Shown piece by piece: positions 50,249 to 58,519 of a stretch of DNA of 64,000 nt (positions are counted from its first letter, which is position 1; each line of letters starts with the position of its first letter). The notes under the pieces were generated by a model that worked only from the letters and a program-made list of their open reading frames with translations, was not told where the DNA came from and ran no database searches. The stretch comes from Lachnospiraceae bacterium (GTDB taxonomy: Bacteria > Bacillota > Clostridia > Lachnospirales > Lachnospiraceae). Where the stretch lies: positions 14,041 to 78,040 of the forward strand of contig JAFUKH010000025.1 of assembly GCA_017467845.1 (NCBI GenBank), written 5' to 3'. The position numbers and the translations under genes were made by a program.

Positions 50249-50278
50249 AAAAAAGCACCACTGTGTTAGTGGTGCTTT
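50249..50278 (-). terminator. Terminator between the precursor-like gene and the ABC gene
   Basis: AAAGCACCACT/AGTGGTGCTTT stem with a T-run on the minus strand. Confidence 0.75.
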
Positions 50279-50299
50279 CCTGTCCGTGTATTTATAAAA

Positions 50300-50794
50300 T
50301 TAACCGCATGTATAGCTTGCAACTTTACAATAATAAGCATCAGCGTTGTCTTCACCGATAGCACCCTCATAAGTACCACCTGTTTTTCTGGGCAGCTTTG
50401 AAGAGGTAACAATCTCAAAGTTAAAACCAACGCTTTCGGTAGGATTGAAATGGTTATTACGGGTAAGCGTGAAGCTGTATGTACCTACATTAGAAATGGT
50501 AAGACCACTTGCATTCTTAACTTCCTGAATAGGAAAATTGGTAACGAAATTCAGAACAAGAACGGAACCGGAGTGGTTACCACAATGATTACCAGTTACA
50601 TTGCATACAGAGTGGTGACCATTGTTGTGACCTGTCCAGGTACATGTCCAATTAATCCAGCAGTCTTCTGTAACCGCGCCCGGAGCATAAGGATCGGGGG
50701 TGGGGGTTGGATTGTAAGCACCGCTTCCCGCATAGATACCTTCGGCAGTATCTGCTTCTATAGCGAATAAAGCAGGGGTCTCATAAGTTTTCAT
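50300..50794 (-). CDS. Putative leader-bearing exported protein / RiPP-like precursor (164 aa)
   Basis: MKTYETPAL...AEGIYAGSG leader, PTPTPDP linker, beta-rich domain with 6 Cys; no Sec signal; SD GGAGG. Confidence 0.7.
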   Translation of the reverse strand: MKTYETPALFAIEADTAEGIYAGSGAYNPTPTPDPYAPGAVTEDCWINWTCTWTGHNNGHHSVCNVTGNHCGNHSGSVLVLNFVTNFPIQEVKNASGLTISNVGTYSFTLTRNNHFNPTESVGFNFEIVTSSKLPRKTGGTYEGAIGEDNADAYYCKVASYTCG

Positions 50795-50845
50795 AATAAA
50801 TATTCCTCCGCAATTTCAAAATCATTACATATTGTCACATATAGG

Positions 50846-50874
50846 AGTTTAGTCCCAAACCCCAAAAACGTCAA
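50846..50874 (-). promoter_or_regulatory. Sigma-A promoter of the precursor-like gene
   Basis: Minus strand TTGACG-17-TAAACT. Confidence 0.6.
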
Positions 50875-50901
50875 GCAATTGGCGAGAATCTAACAAAAAT
50901 G

Positions 50902-52065
50902 TTAGTTCCTGTCTAAAAATGCGTCGATTTCCTCTTTGATACAAGTAACGGCTTCCTCTGTCTTGGTGCAAAACAGATGACATATGAGAATGTGGTCGGA
51001 AATCTCGCGTATGATATCCAGATTCTTTTTCTGCATGGAACTTGCCCAGGAAGGAGAGACGCTTCGGTGCAATACTAATAATTGCCTGCGCTCCTTAAAC
51101 GGAAAGCCAACTCTGTTTTTCGTTCCCTGATTTAGCAGGATGATGCCGCCAAGCGGATGGGTACGAGTGTCATAAATTCCGGAGGTGCCGCACCAGGGGA
51201 TACCATAAACCACAGGGGTATCCTGGCGTAATGCAACCAGATTTAAGTCTCCGTTTATAATCGGTGTTCCTATGATATCATTCCAAAGTCCGGCATGGGT
51301 GGATTTGCCGGTTCCGGAGGGTGCAGAAAACAGCCATACCTTATCTCGGTAGAGGATGGAGGCGGAGTGAATTGCCAGCATACCGTGAAGCTGGGCAAAG
51401 TACAAAAAGGAAATTCTTATGGCATAAGAGATTTCCGTCGCGGCCTCTTCCGTAAAGAGAGGAGCACAGAAAATTGTGACATTTCGTCCACTTCTGCTGA
51501 CATGTATCTCTGAGATATACTTGGAAGTTGGGAAAAACAGAATATATTTGTCCAATCCTTCAATCACCAGAAGTTCCCCGGTTCTCAGAAGCAAGGTTCC
51601 GTTTTCTGTGTGACTAGGGGGAGCTGCCTGGATGCGTATATCCTGAATCGGGGCATCATCCGGGAATTCTACCGATGTTTCAAAGCTGAGAAGCTCTCCG
51701 GCGAAGGCCTCCGCGGGTCCATAGAGCCGGCAGAAGAGTCCGGCGATTTCCAAGGATTTATACAAAGGGATGCTGTTTGCTGTGCTTTCTTCCGGTAGCA
51801 GGATATCCATCTGCTGGAGCGATTTCACAAAGCTTGTCGTAGTCGCTTCCAAAATGTCATATTGCTCGGTCGGGCAACGGAAATGCTCTGCACATAGATT
51901 AATAAGCTCTTGGGTTGAGGATACGTTTTCTAAGTTTTCCCAAAGAAATACGCTGGTCTCGTTCAGGCGTACATCGTGTTTAAAGTCTGCGTTTGCCTGT
52001 CCGAAAGCCAGTAAATAGGGAAGTTCCGCGATATATTCCAGGTGATAATAGGGGTTGCGTCTCAT
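50902..52065 (-). CDS. PqqD/RRE domain fused to an HPr-kinase-like P-loop domain
   Basis: N-terminal LNETSVFLWENL...ELINLCAEHF...FVKSL (PqqD pattern); C-terminal HSAS, FSAPSGTGKSTH, INGD, YGIPWCGTSG. Confidence 0.8.
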   Translation of the reverse strand: MRRNPYYHLEYIAELPYLLAFGQANADFKHDVRLNETSVFLWENLENVSSTQELINLCAEHFRCPTEQYDILEATTTSFVKSLQQMDILLPEESTANSIPLYKSLEIAGLFCRLYGPAEAFAGELLSFETSVEFPDDAPIQDIRIQAAPPSHTENGTLLLRTGELLVIEGLDKYILFFPTSKYISEIHVSRSGRNVTIFCAPLFTEEAATEISYAIRISFLYFAQLHGMLAIHSASILYRDKVWLFSAPSGTGKSTHAGLWNDIIGTPIINGDLNLVALRQDTPVVYGIPWCGTSGIYDTRTHPLGGIILLNQGTKNRVGFPFKERRQLLVLHRSVSPSWASSMQKKNLDIIREISDHILICHLFCTKTEEAVTCIKEEIDAFLDRN

Positions 52066-52224
52066 GGATGATTCACTCCAACTTAAGTCTATGGTACTAT
52101 ATCTCTATTATACGGGTTTGCAGGGAAGGGGGCAACATAGATTTTACCGGGATTTGGGCAAAAATATTTGCTATCCGATGGCTGCATGTCGTACAATGCT
52201 ATAAGATATTATGGAGGTGAGCGT

Positions 52225-52671
52225 ATGGCTTATCGGGTGGCAATTTGCGATGACAGTACGCCGGATGCGGAATTTGTACAGAGCATTTTAAAGGATTGGG
52301 CGTTAGAGAGGAATGTAGTCATTCAGACAGAGGTTTTTCCCTCTGCGGAGAGCTTTTTGTTTCATTATGAGGAGAATAAGTCCTACGATATTCTTCTTTT
52401 GGATATCGAAATGGGAGCCATGGATGGTGTGGCTTTGGCCAAGGCAGTGCGTAGAGATAATGAGACTGTGCAGATTGTGTTTATTACCGGGTATTCCGAG
52501 TATATAGCGGAAGGGTATGAAGTGGCGGCACTTCATTACCTGATGAAACCTGTGAATAGGGAGAAATTGTGTGCCGTACTGGATAGGGCATTGGAAAAGC
52601 AGAGGCAGAACGAGAGCGTTTTAAATTTGGCATTGTTCGGGGAAATGGTGCGTATACCACAGAAATATTAA
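52225..52671 (+). pseudogene. LytTR response regulator truncated after the receiver domain
   Basis: Receiver intact (ICDD, LLDIEM, YLMKP); stops at GEMVRIP where the LytTR domain begins (compare 10078..10794). Confidence 0.75.
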
Positions 52672-52713
52672 TACCTCAGGTGTGATGTGACAGTTCATCC
52701 CCTGATTTGAACG

Positions 52714-52748
52714 ATTCGTCCCCGGAATGAGCCGGGGGCGAATTTTTG
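52714..52748 (+). terminator. Intrinsic terminator
   Basis: ATTCGTCCCCGG/CCGGGGGCGAAT followed by Ts. Confidence 0.7.
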
Positions 52749-52752
52749 TGTT

Positions 52753-52839
52753 ACTATTCAGAGACATGCAGATTGCTGAAAATAGGATGAGCAAGCTTGT
52801 TTGCAGCAATCTATATGGCGAGTAGCCATGCAATGAGCA
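52753..52839 (+). repeat. Hairpin element copy E, 3'-truncated
   Basis: ACTATTCAGAGACATGC..GCAAGCTTGTTTGC..TATATGGCGAG..GCCA..ATGAGCA aligns with the 5' two-thirds of copy C. Confidence 0.7.
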
Positions 52840-53676
52840 GAGTGGCCGGAGCCTTTTTGTTATGAAGAAGGAGAGTCACTTCCCAAGGATTTAGACAATG
52901 ATTATGAACTTTGCTTGGAAGATGTAAGCTATCGTTACCCAGAGGCGGAAAATGATACGATAAAGCATATGAATCTGACCATAAAACCGGGAGAAAAGCT
53001 GGCAATCGTGGGTCTCAATGGTGCAGGAAAAACAACGTTGGTAAAGCTGCTTTGCGGATTTTTAGACCCTACAGAGGGAAGGGTTCTTTTGAATGGTGAA
53101 GATATCCGCAAGTACAATAGAAGGGATTACTATGACTTATTCTCAGCGGTATTTCAGGACTTCTCCGTGCTGGAGGCCAGCGTGGCGGTAAATGTAGCGC
53201 AGAATGTGGATAACATTGACGAAAACAGAGTTCGGTTGTGCATAGAAAAGGCTGGCCTTACAGAAAAGGTGAATTCGTTGCCGGCGGGAATTGACAGTAA
53301 GATTGGCAGACAAATCTATGAGGATGGAGTAGAGTTGTCGGGAGGTCAGACCCAGATACTTATGCTGGCCAGAGCTTTGTATAAGGATGGTGCAGTGCTG
53401 GTATTGGATGAGCCAACGGCGGCATTAGACCCCATCGCAGAAAACGATATCTATCATAAATACAGTGAGATGACTAAGGGGAAGACATCTCTATTCATAT
53501 CCCATCGTCTGGCATCTACGCGCTTTTGTGACCGGATTTTATTCCTGGAAAATGGGGAAATCGCGGAAGAGGGGACTCATGAGTCTCTACTGGCTTGGGG
53601 CGGTGGATATGCAAAGCTGTTTGAGGTACAGAGCAGATATTATAAGGAAGGGGGAGAGAACAATGGAGAAGACTGA
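52840..53676 (+). pseudogene. ABC exporter remnant (linker + NBD only, TMD deleted)
   Basis: Frame opens at EWPEPFCYEEGESLP after an in-frame TGA; NBD paralogous to 11656..13503; no SD or proper start. Confidence 0.8.
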
Positions 53677-55540
53677 TAAGTTAACTGTCATGGAGAGCTG
53701 GAAGAGTAATTTACGTGCATGGAAAATCTGGTGGCAGATGTGTCCGGGGGTTTTTATTTCCAAGTTTGTTTATTCTGTATTTAATGCAGCGAGTCCTTAT
53801 GTGACAATTTACTTTTCTGCCAGATTGTTAGAAGAATTGGCCGGAAGGCGAGATTCAGAGCAGTTAATGCGATGGATTATCCTCATTCTGGCAGTAGAAG
53901 CAATGCGGAAATTAATGGGTGGGATACTGAGCCACTTAACTGCTTACGAGCAACTCAGTGCAAAAAAGATGGATGACCGGATTTATATGAAAAAGATGTT
54001 GCAGCTGGACTATGCAGATATAGACAGGCAATATGTGTATGACCTGTATTCTCAGATTATTCAAACGGAAAATTGGGCAGGCTGGGGAATGCGCAGATCA
54101 TTGGATATTTTTGAAAAAATGGTCTGTGGAGTAATCCGGATGCTGTGCGGTATTGGTCTTTCGGTAAGCTTGTTTATCCAGAGAGTTCCGGAGAGTAGCA
54201 CACTGGCAGGTTTAAATCACCCTATTTTTATTGTGGTCATCATTGTCCTGATGCTTATTATTGCCTTGGCAGCACCAGCTTGTCGTAACCGGGGGAATGA
54301 TTATTGGAATTCTTATGCGGAAGAAGCTAGGTTTGGAAATCGGTATTTCAGCTTCTTTGGCTTTATGAGCGGGGATAGAAAAAGGGCGCTGGATATCCGC
54401 ATGTACCGTCAGCAGGAAAAGGTGTGCAGTGTCTATATGGAACGGGTAAATTCCTTTGGAGTAAAATCCATAATGGCAAAATGGGCGAGAGGTATCATGG
54501 GTTTTTGGTATGTGGCATCCGTAGGTGTCTCCGTGATTCTAACCGGTATTGTGTATCTGTTTGTCTGCCTGAAAGCCTGGGGCGGAGCCTTTGGAGTAGG
54601 CTCAGTGACCCAGTATGTGGGGGCGATTACCAATCTATTTCAGGGGATTGCGCAGTTTATCGAGACTTTGGGCGAGATGCGTGCCAATGCAGGCTTTCTG
54701 AAACCCTGCTACGAATTCTTTGACATTCCTAACAATATGTATCAAGGCAGCTTGACTACGGAAAAACGTTCTGACAGACAGTATGAAGTGGAGTTTAAAG
54801 ACGTATCCTTCAAGTATCCGGGAACGGACGCGTGGGCACTTCGACATGTGAATATGAAGTTCAAAGTGGGTAACCGCCTGGCCGTGGTAGGCATGAATGG
54901 CAGCGGTAAGACGACTTTTATTAAGCTGCTGTGTCGACTGTATGACCCTACGGAAGGGGAAATCCTTTTAAATGGCATTGATATCCGCAAGTACAAATAT
55001 GATGATTATATTGACATCTTTTCCGTGGTATTCCAGGATTTTCAGTTGATGGCGCTACCCTTAGGAGAAAATGTTGCCGGCGGCGCAGAGTACGATGAGG
55101 AACAGGTGAAACGATGTCTTGAGGACGCAGGCTTTGATAAACGTCTGGAAGCCATGACAGCAGGCTTAGATACATATCTGTATAAGGATATTGATAAGGA
55201 GGGTGTGGAGGTGTCCGGCGGAGAAGCCCAGAAGATTGCCATTGCAAGAGCGCTTTATAAGGATGCACCATTTATCATTCTGGATGAGCCGACGGCAGCG
55301 CTTGACCCCATTGCGGAGGCGGAGATTTACAATAAGTTTAACAATATCGCCGGGGACAAAACGGCCATTTACATCAGTCACCGCTTATCCTCCTGCAAGT
55401 TCTGCGATGAAATCGCAGTATTTCATGAAGGAAGCGTGATTCAGCAGGGAACTCACGAGGAGCTGGTAGCGGAGGAAAACGGGAAGTATTATGAACTCTG
55501 GAATGCCCAAGCACAGTATTATGTGGAGAAGGACGCGTAA
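53663..55540 (+). CDS. ABC exporter (TMD+NBD), paralog of 13493..15340
   Basis: GMNGSGKTT, VSGGEAQK, LDEPT; shared LCRLYDPTEGEILLNGIDIRKY. Confidence 0.9.
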   Translation: MEKTDKLTVMESWKSNLRAWKIWWQMCPGVFISKFVYSVFNAASPYVTIYFSARLLEELAGRRDSEQLMRWIILILAVEAMRKLMGGILSHLTAYEQLSAKKMDDRIYMKKMLQLDYADIDRQYVYDLYSQIIQTENWAGWGMRRSLDIFEKMVCGVIRMLCGIGLSVSLFIQRVPESSTLAGLNHPIFIVVIIVLMLIIALAAPACRNRGNDYWNSYAEEARFGNRYFSFFGFMSGDRKRALDIRMYRQQEKVCSVYMERVNSFGVKSIMAKWARGIMGFWYVASVGVSVILTGIVYLFVCLKAWGGAFGVGSVTQYVGAITNLFQGIAQFIETLGEMRANAGFLKPCYEFFDIPNNMYQGSLTTEKRSDRQYEVEFKDVSFKYPGTDAWALRHVNMKFKVGNRLAVVGMNGSGKTTFIKLLCRLYDPTEGEILLNGIDIRKYKYDDYIDIFSVVFQDFQLMALPLGENVAGGAEYDEEQVKRCLEDAGFDKRLEAMTAGLDTYLYKDIDKEGVEVSGGEAQKIAIARALYKDAPFIILDEPTAALDPIAEAEIYNKFNNIAGDKTAIYISHRLSSCKFCDEIAVFHEGSVIQQGTHEELVAEENGKYYELWNAQAQYYVEKDA

Positions 55541-55597
55541 AAGTAGTGAAGTAGGAAGAAGCATGGAGAGATTGCTTTTATTGGTAAAGTGTGTTAT

Positions 55598-55633
55598 ATT
55601 AGCCTCGGTTAGCTAAAACTAACCGAGGCTAAT
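55598..55633. promoter_or_regulatory. 15-bp perfect inverted repeat containing a GTTAG-N6-CTAAC box
   Basis: ATTAGCCTCGGTTAG-CTAAAA-CTAACCGAGGCTAAT, overlapping the end of TGTGTTATATT. Confidence 0.65.
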
Positions 55634-55640
55634 CGTTTAA

Positions 55641-55823
55641 ATTCCTTTCGTTGTCGATGTGCCGAAGTGGATGGTACTGATGAATCCGATTGTTACTACC
55701 ATAATCGGTTGGATTTTGCGGGCAGTCAATAAGAACATATTCTATGATATGCCTGCAATAATTATGAGCAATGTTGGCGTTGTTCTGATGTGTGTGGTTA
55801 GTGTAGTGAGCATCTTGGGATAG
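55641..55823 (+). pseudogene. 3' remnant of a membrane protein gene (not in the ORF track)
   Basis: Open frame ..DVPKWMVLMNPIVTTIIGWILRAVNKNIFYDMPAIIMSNVGVVLMCVVSVVSILG*, two TM-like segments, no SD. Confidence 0.5.
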
Positions 55824-55840
55824 GAGTGCATAGAGGGAAA

Positions 55841-56473
55841 ATGGCAGTTCAAGTAAAGAATTTACCAATAGAACAAATAGACATAATATGCAGAGCAATC
55901 GGAGACTCTTTCTATGATCATGATTATGGTGAGAGGGAGAAGGGAATTTGTAAATTAATAGATGATAGAGAAATGATGTTTCAGTACATGAAAGCTATCT
56001 TTGTTGCAGGAGTAAAAAGTGGCACGATTTATTCAACCAGCGAACAGGGGGAGGGTTATATCATGCTGTCCGGCTCCAAGTGGGAGAAAATGAAGATTGG
56101 CCCTGCCATTGTATTGTTAAAGGACATGATAAAGGCTTTAGGGGGATTTCCAAGTGCACTACAGTTTTTGAAGGATATTAAAGTAGGCGGGATTCCTTTG
56201 GATGATAAGTTCAAAAAGGAAAAGAAAGATTACCTTAAAGTTGAGATGCTTGTGGTATTAAAAGAATATCAGGGACAGGGCTATATGCGGCAACTGATAG
56301 AATTTGCCTATGAGAAGGCCGATGAATATGGTGTCCCTTGTATTTTGGATACTGATGCAAAGAATAAGCTGGATAAATACTGTCACTTGGGAATGAAACA
56401 TGTAGCGACCCGTAAGCTGGCAGGGGATTGTTATTTGTATGACTTGATGAGAGAGGTACAGGATGTGAACTGA
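55841..56473 (+). CDS. GNAT-family N-acetyltransferase
   Basis: LVVLKEYQGQGYMR acetyl-CoA motif, LDTD..KYCHLG. Confidence 0.85.
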   Translation: MAVQVKNLPIEQIDIICRAIGDSFYDHDYGEREKGICKLIDDREMMFQYMKAIFVAGVKSGTIYSTSEQGEGYIMLSGSKWEKMKIGPAIVLLKDMIKALGGFPSALQFLKDIKVGGIPLDDKFKKEKKDYLKVEMLVVLKEYQGQGYMRQLIEFAYEKADEYGVPCILDTDAKNKLDKYCHLGMKHVATRKLAGDCYLYDLMREVQDVN

Positions 56474-56528
56474 TTACGAATAGTAGCATTGATTTTAAAT
56501 TGTTTATAGAAGAAGGAGTAGGTAATCC

Positions 56529-57032
56529 ATGTGGGTATTAATAATTGCGGCAATAATTATATGTCTGCTATTCACAGTTATAATCATTTCAGGAGCGAAG
56601 AAAAATCCAATCTCCGGCTTACATAATCTTCCATTAGATATTCAAGAGAGGGCACATTCTTTGACGGAGTATGAGGGAAAGCTTGAAAGAATATTGTCTA
56701 CAAAGGAGAGGATTGTAAAGAAGCTTCCGGCTGTTACAGTTTTGTTACTTCTGTTTGCGGGAATTGTGTATTTAGCCGGTGCCAGAACTTTTTTGCAAGG
56801 TTTTGGCTATACATTTGGATTGTGGACTGTAACAAAGATATATGTAGCATTAATACTTAACTGTGGATGGTATGCACATACTCCTTCTGCATGGATTCCC
56901 GGAACGGAGGATATGAAAAGGTCCTATCAGAATTACAAATTTTACTTAAGTAGTATTCCGCGGAGCTTGTTGGCAGGTGCTATTGTGGGTGTGATTAATG
57001 GTGTTCTGATTATATTTATAACTATGTTATAG
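56529..57032 (+). CDS. Small membrane protein of unknown function
   Basis: Four hydrophobic segments, WIPGTED motif, strong SD. Confidence 0.7.
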   Translation: MWVLIIAAIIICLLFTVIIISGAKKNPISGLHNLPLDIQERAHSLTEYEGKLERILSTKERIVKKLPAVTVLLLLFAGIVYLAGARTFLQGFGYTFGLWTVTKIYVALILNCGWYAHTPSAWIPGTEDMKRSYQNYKFYLSSIPRSLLAGAIVGVINGVLIIFITML

Positions 57033-57051
57033 GAAAAAGTGGGGATAAATA

Positions 57052-57642
57052 ATGAAGCTGGTAGAAAATGTTTCAAAGCAAGAACTTGCACGAATCAAAG
57101 AAATAATCGGGGAAGCCTTTATAACCAATGAGTTATTTCATGAGTTTGGTATGGTGGAAGAGCGTAGAGAGTTGGTACTGAAATACATGGGTATCTATGT
57201 AGACTATGTTTATGAGACAGGTGCTCTCTATCAAAATGTAGATGGTACTGCTTTTATAGGCTTGGAATATAGTGATAAGCACGCTGTACTGCCGAAACTA
57301 AAGATGTTGTGTCGCTTGATATTTGCTATTCCGTTCCGGGTTATGAAAAAGTATTTGGGACATATCAAACAAATCAAGGATGGAAACAGCAGATATACAA
57401 GTCAACCTCATTTAGCGACATTGATGGTATGTGTATCCAAGGATAATCAAGGTAAGGGATATGCACGAGGATTGGTTGACTTTGCAAAACGAATGGCACT
57501 TGAGAAGCATGTTCCCCTATTATTTGATACAGATATGAAGAACTACGCAGAGATGTATCAACATATGGGTTGTGAATTATACAATACCCAAACAGCTTCA
57601 AATGGTGTAACAAGATACAATCTTGTGTGGAAGGATATATGA
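57052..57642 (+). CDS. GNAT-family N-acetyltransferase
   Basis: VCVSKDNQGKGYAR, FDTD..MYQHMG. Confidence 0.85.
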   Translation: MKLVENVSKQELARIKEIIGEAFITNELFHEFGMVEERRELVLKYMGIYVDYVYETGALYQNVDGTAFIGLEYSDKHAVLPKLKMLCRLIFAIPFRVMKKYLGHIKQIKDGNSRYTSQPHLATLMVCVSKDNQGKGYARGLVDFAKRMALEKHVPLLFDTDMKNYAEMYQHMGCELYNTQTASNGVTRYNLVWKDI

Positions 57643-57745
57643 ATGGAGAGATAGTGAAAGAGAGAAGCTCTTAATTCTGCCGATTGTGTATTGTAAGAGG
57701 GGCAACAGATGTATTCCGTGGTTTCCGAAGAAATAAAATGAAAGA

Positions 57746-57783
57746 GGTGCAGTGTTCCGGAAAACGGGATGCTGCATTTTTTT
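57746..57783 (+). terminator. Intrinsic terminator
   Basis: GGTGCAGTGTTCCG/CGGGATGCTGCATT followed by a T-run. Confidence 0.7.
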
Positions 57784-57880
57784 GTGCAAGAAACTGTAAT
57801 TGAGAAAAATATCTAAAAGGACTAAAAAAGTCCAAATGGACTACATAAAAATAAGATTATGTGCTATATTGTGACGTGAC

Positions 57881-57896
57881 GTTAGTTGAGACTAAC
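57881..57896. promoter_or_regulatory. GTTAG-N6-CTAAC operator upstream of the ECF operon
   Basis: GTTAGTTGAGACTAAC downstream of TGTGCTATATT (-10). Confidence 0.6.
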
Positions 57897-57925
57897 TATA
57901 ATATAGCATTGAAAGGAAGAAAACT

Positions 57926-58519
57926 ATGAACAAACAAACTAATTCGAATCGTTTAAATGGACGTGATCTCATTAACATCGGTATTTATTCCGCAATCTAT
58001 CTGGTGCTTGCCATAGCACTCGCTATGACAGGATTAATTCCCATTTTCTTAATTTTGTTATCATCTATGTATGGCATTATCTGTGGGATACCATTCATGT
58101 TGTTTTTGACAAAGGTAAAGAAGCCGGGAATGATTTTTATTATGAGTGTGATTATGGGTGTTGTCATGTTTGCAACAGGAATGACATGGATGCCTATACC
58201 GTTCTCTGTAGTCACAGGAATTATTGCAGAGATTGTCTATAGAAGTGGTAATTATTCAAGCATGAAGGCCGCAGTACTTACTTGTGGTATTTTCCCTATG
58301 TGGGCTTGTGGCAACTATTTACCTCTGTTCGTACAGAGAGAGCAGTATTTTGCAGAACGTGCAAGCTATGGTCAGGAGTATGCGGATGCTGTCATGCGTA
58401 TGACTCCCAACTGGATGTTCTTCGTTTTGCTAATCATGACTTTTGTATGCGGAATTATGGGAGGTCTGATTGGTAAGAAGCTTTTAAAGAAGCATTTTGT
58501 GAAAGCAGGTATTGCATAA
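57926..58519 (+). CDS. MptD-family ECF transporter S component
   Basis: DLINIGIYSAIY, GIPFMLFLTKVKKPG, LLKKHFVKAGI. Confidence 0.88.
   Translation: MNKQTNSNRLNGRDLINIGIYSAIYLVLAIALAMTGLIPIFLILLSSMYGIICGIPFMLFLTKVKKPGMIFIMSVIMGVVMFATGMTWMPIPFSVVTGIIAEIVYRSGNYSSMKAAVLTCGIFPMWACGNYLPLFVQREQYFAERASYGQEYADAVMRMTPNWMFFVLLIMTFVCGIMGGLIGKKLLKKHFVKAGIA

Noticed and set aside
48459-52065. Canonical lasso-peptide cluster or PQQ biosynthesis
   Set aside because: No asparagine-synthetase-like cyclase, B2 protease or radical SAM gene, and the core is far too long
55629-55898. Minus-strand 89-aa ORF
   Set aside because: The plus-strand membrane-protein remnant and the GNAT start explain the region better
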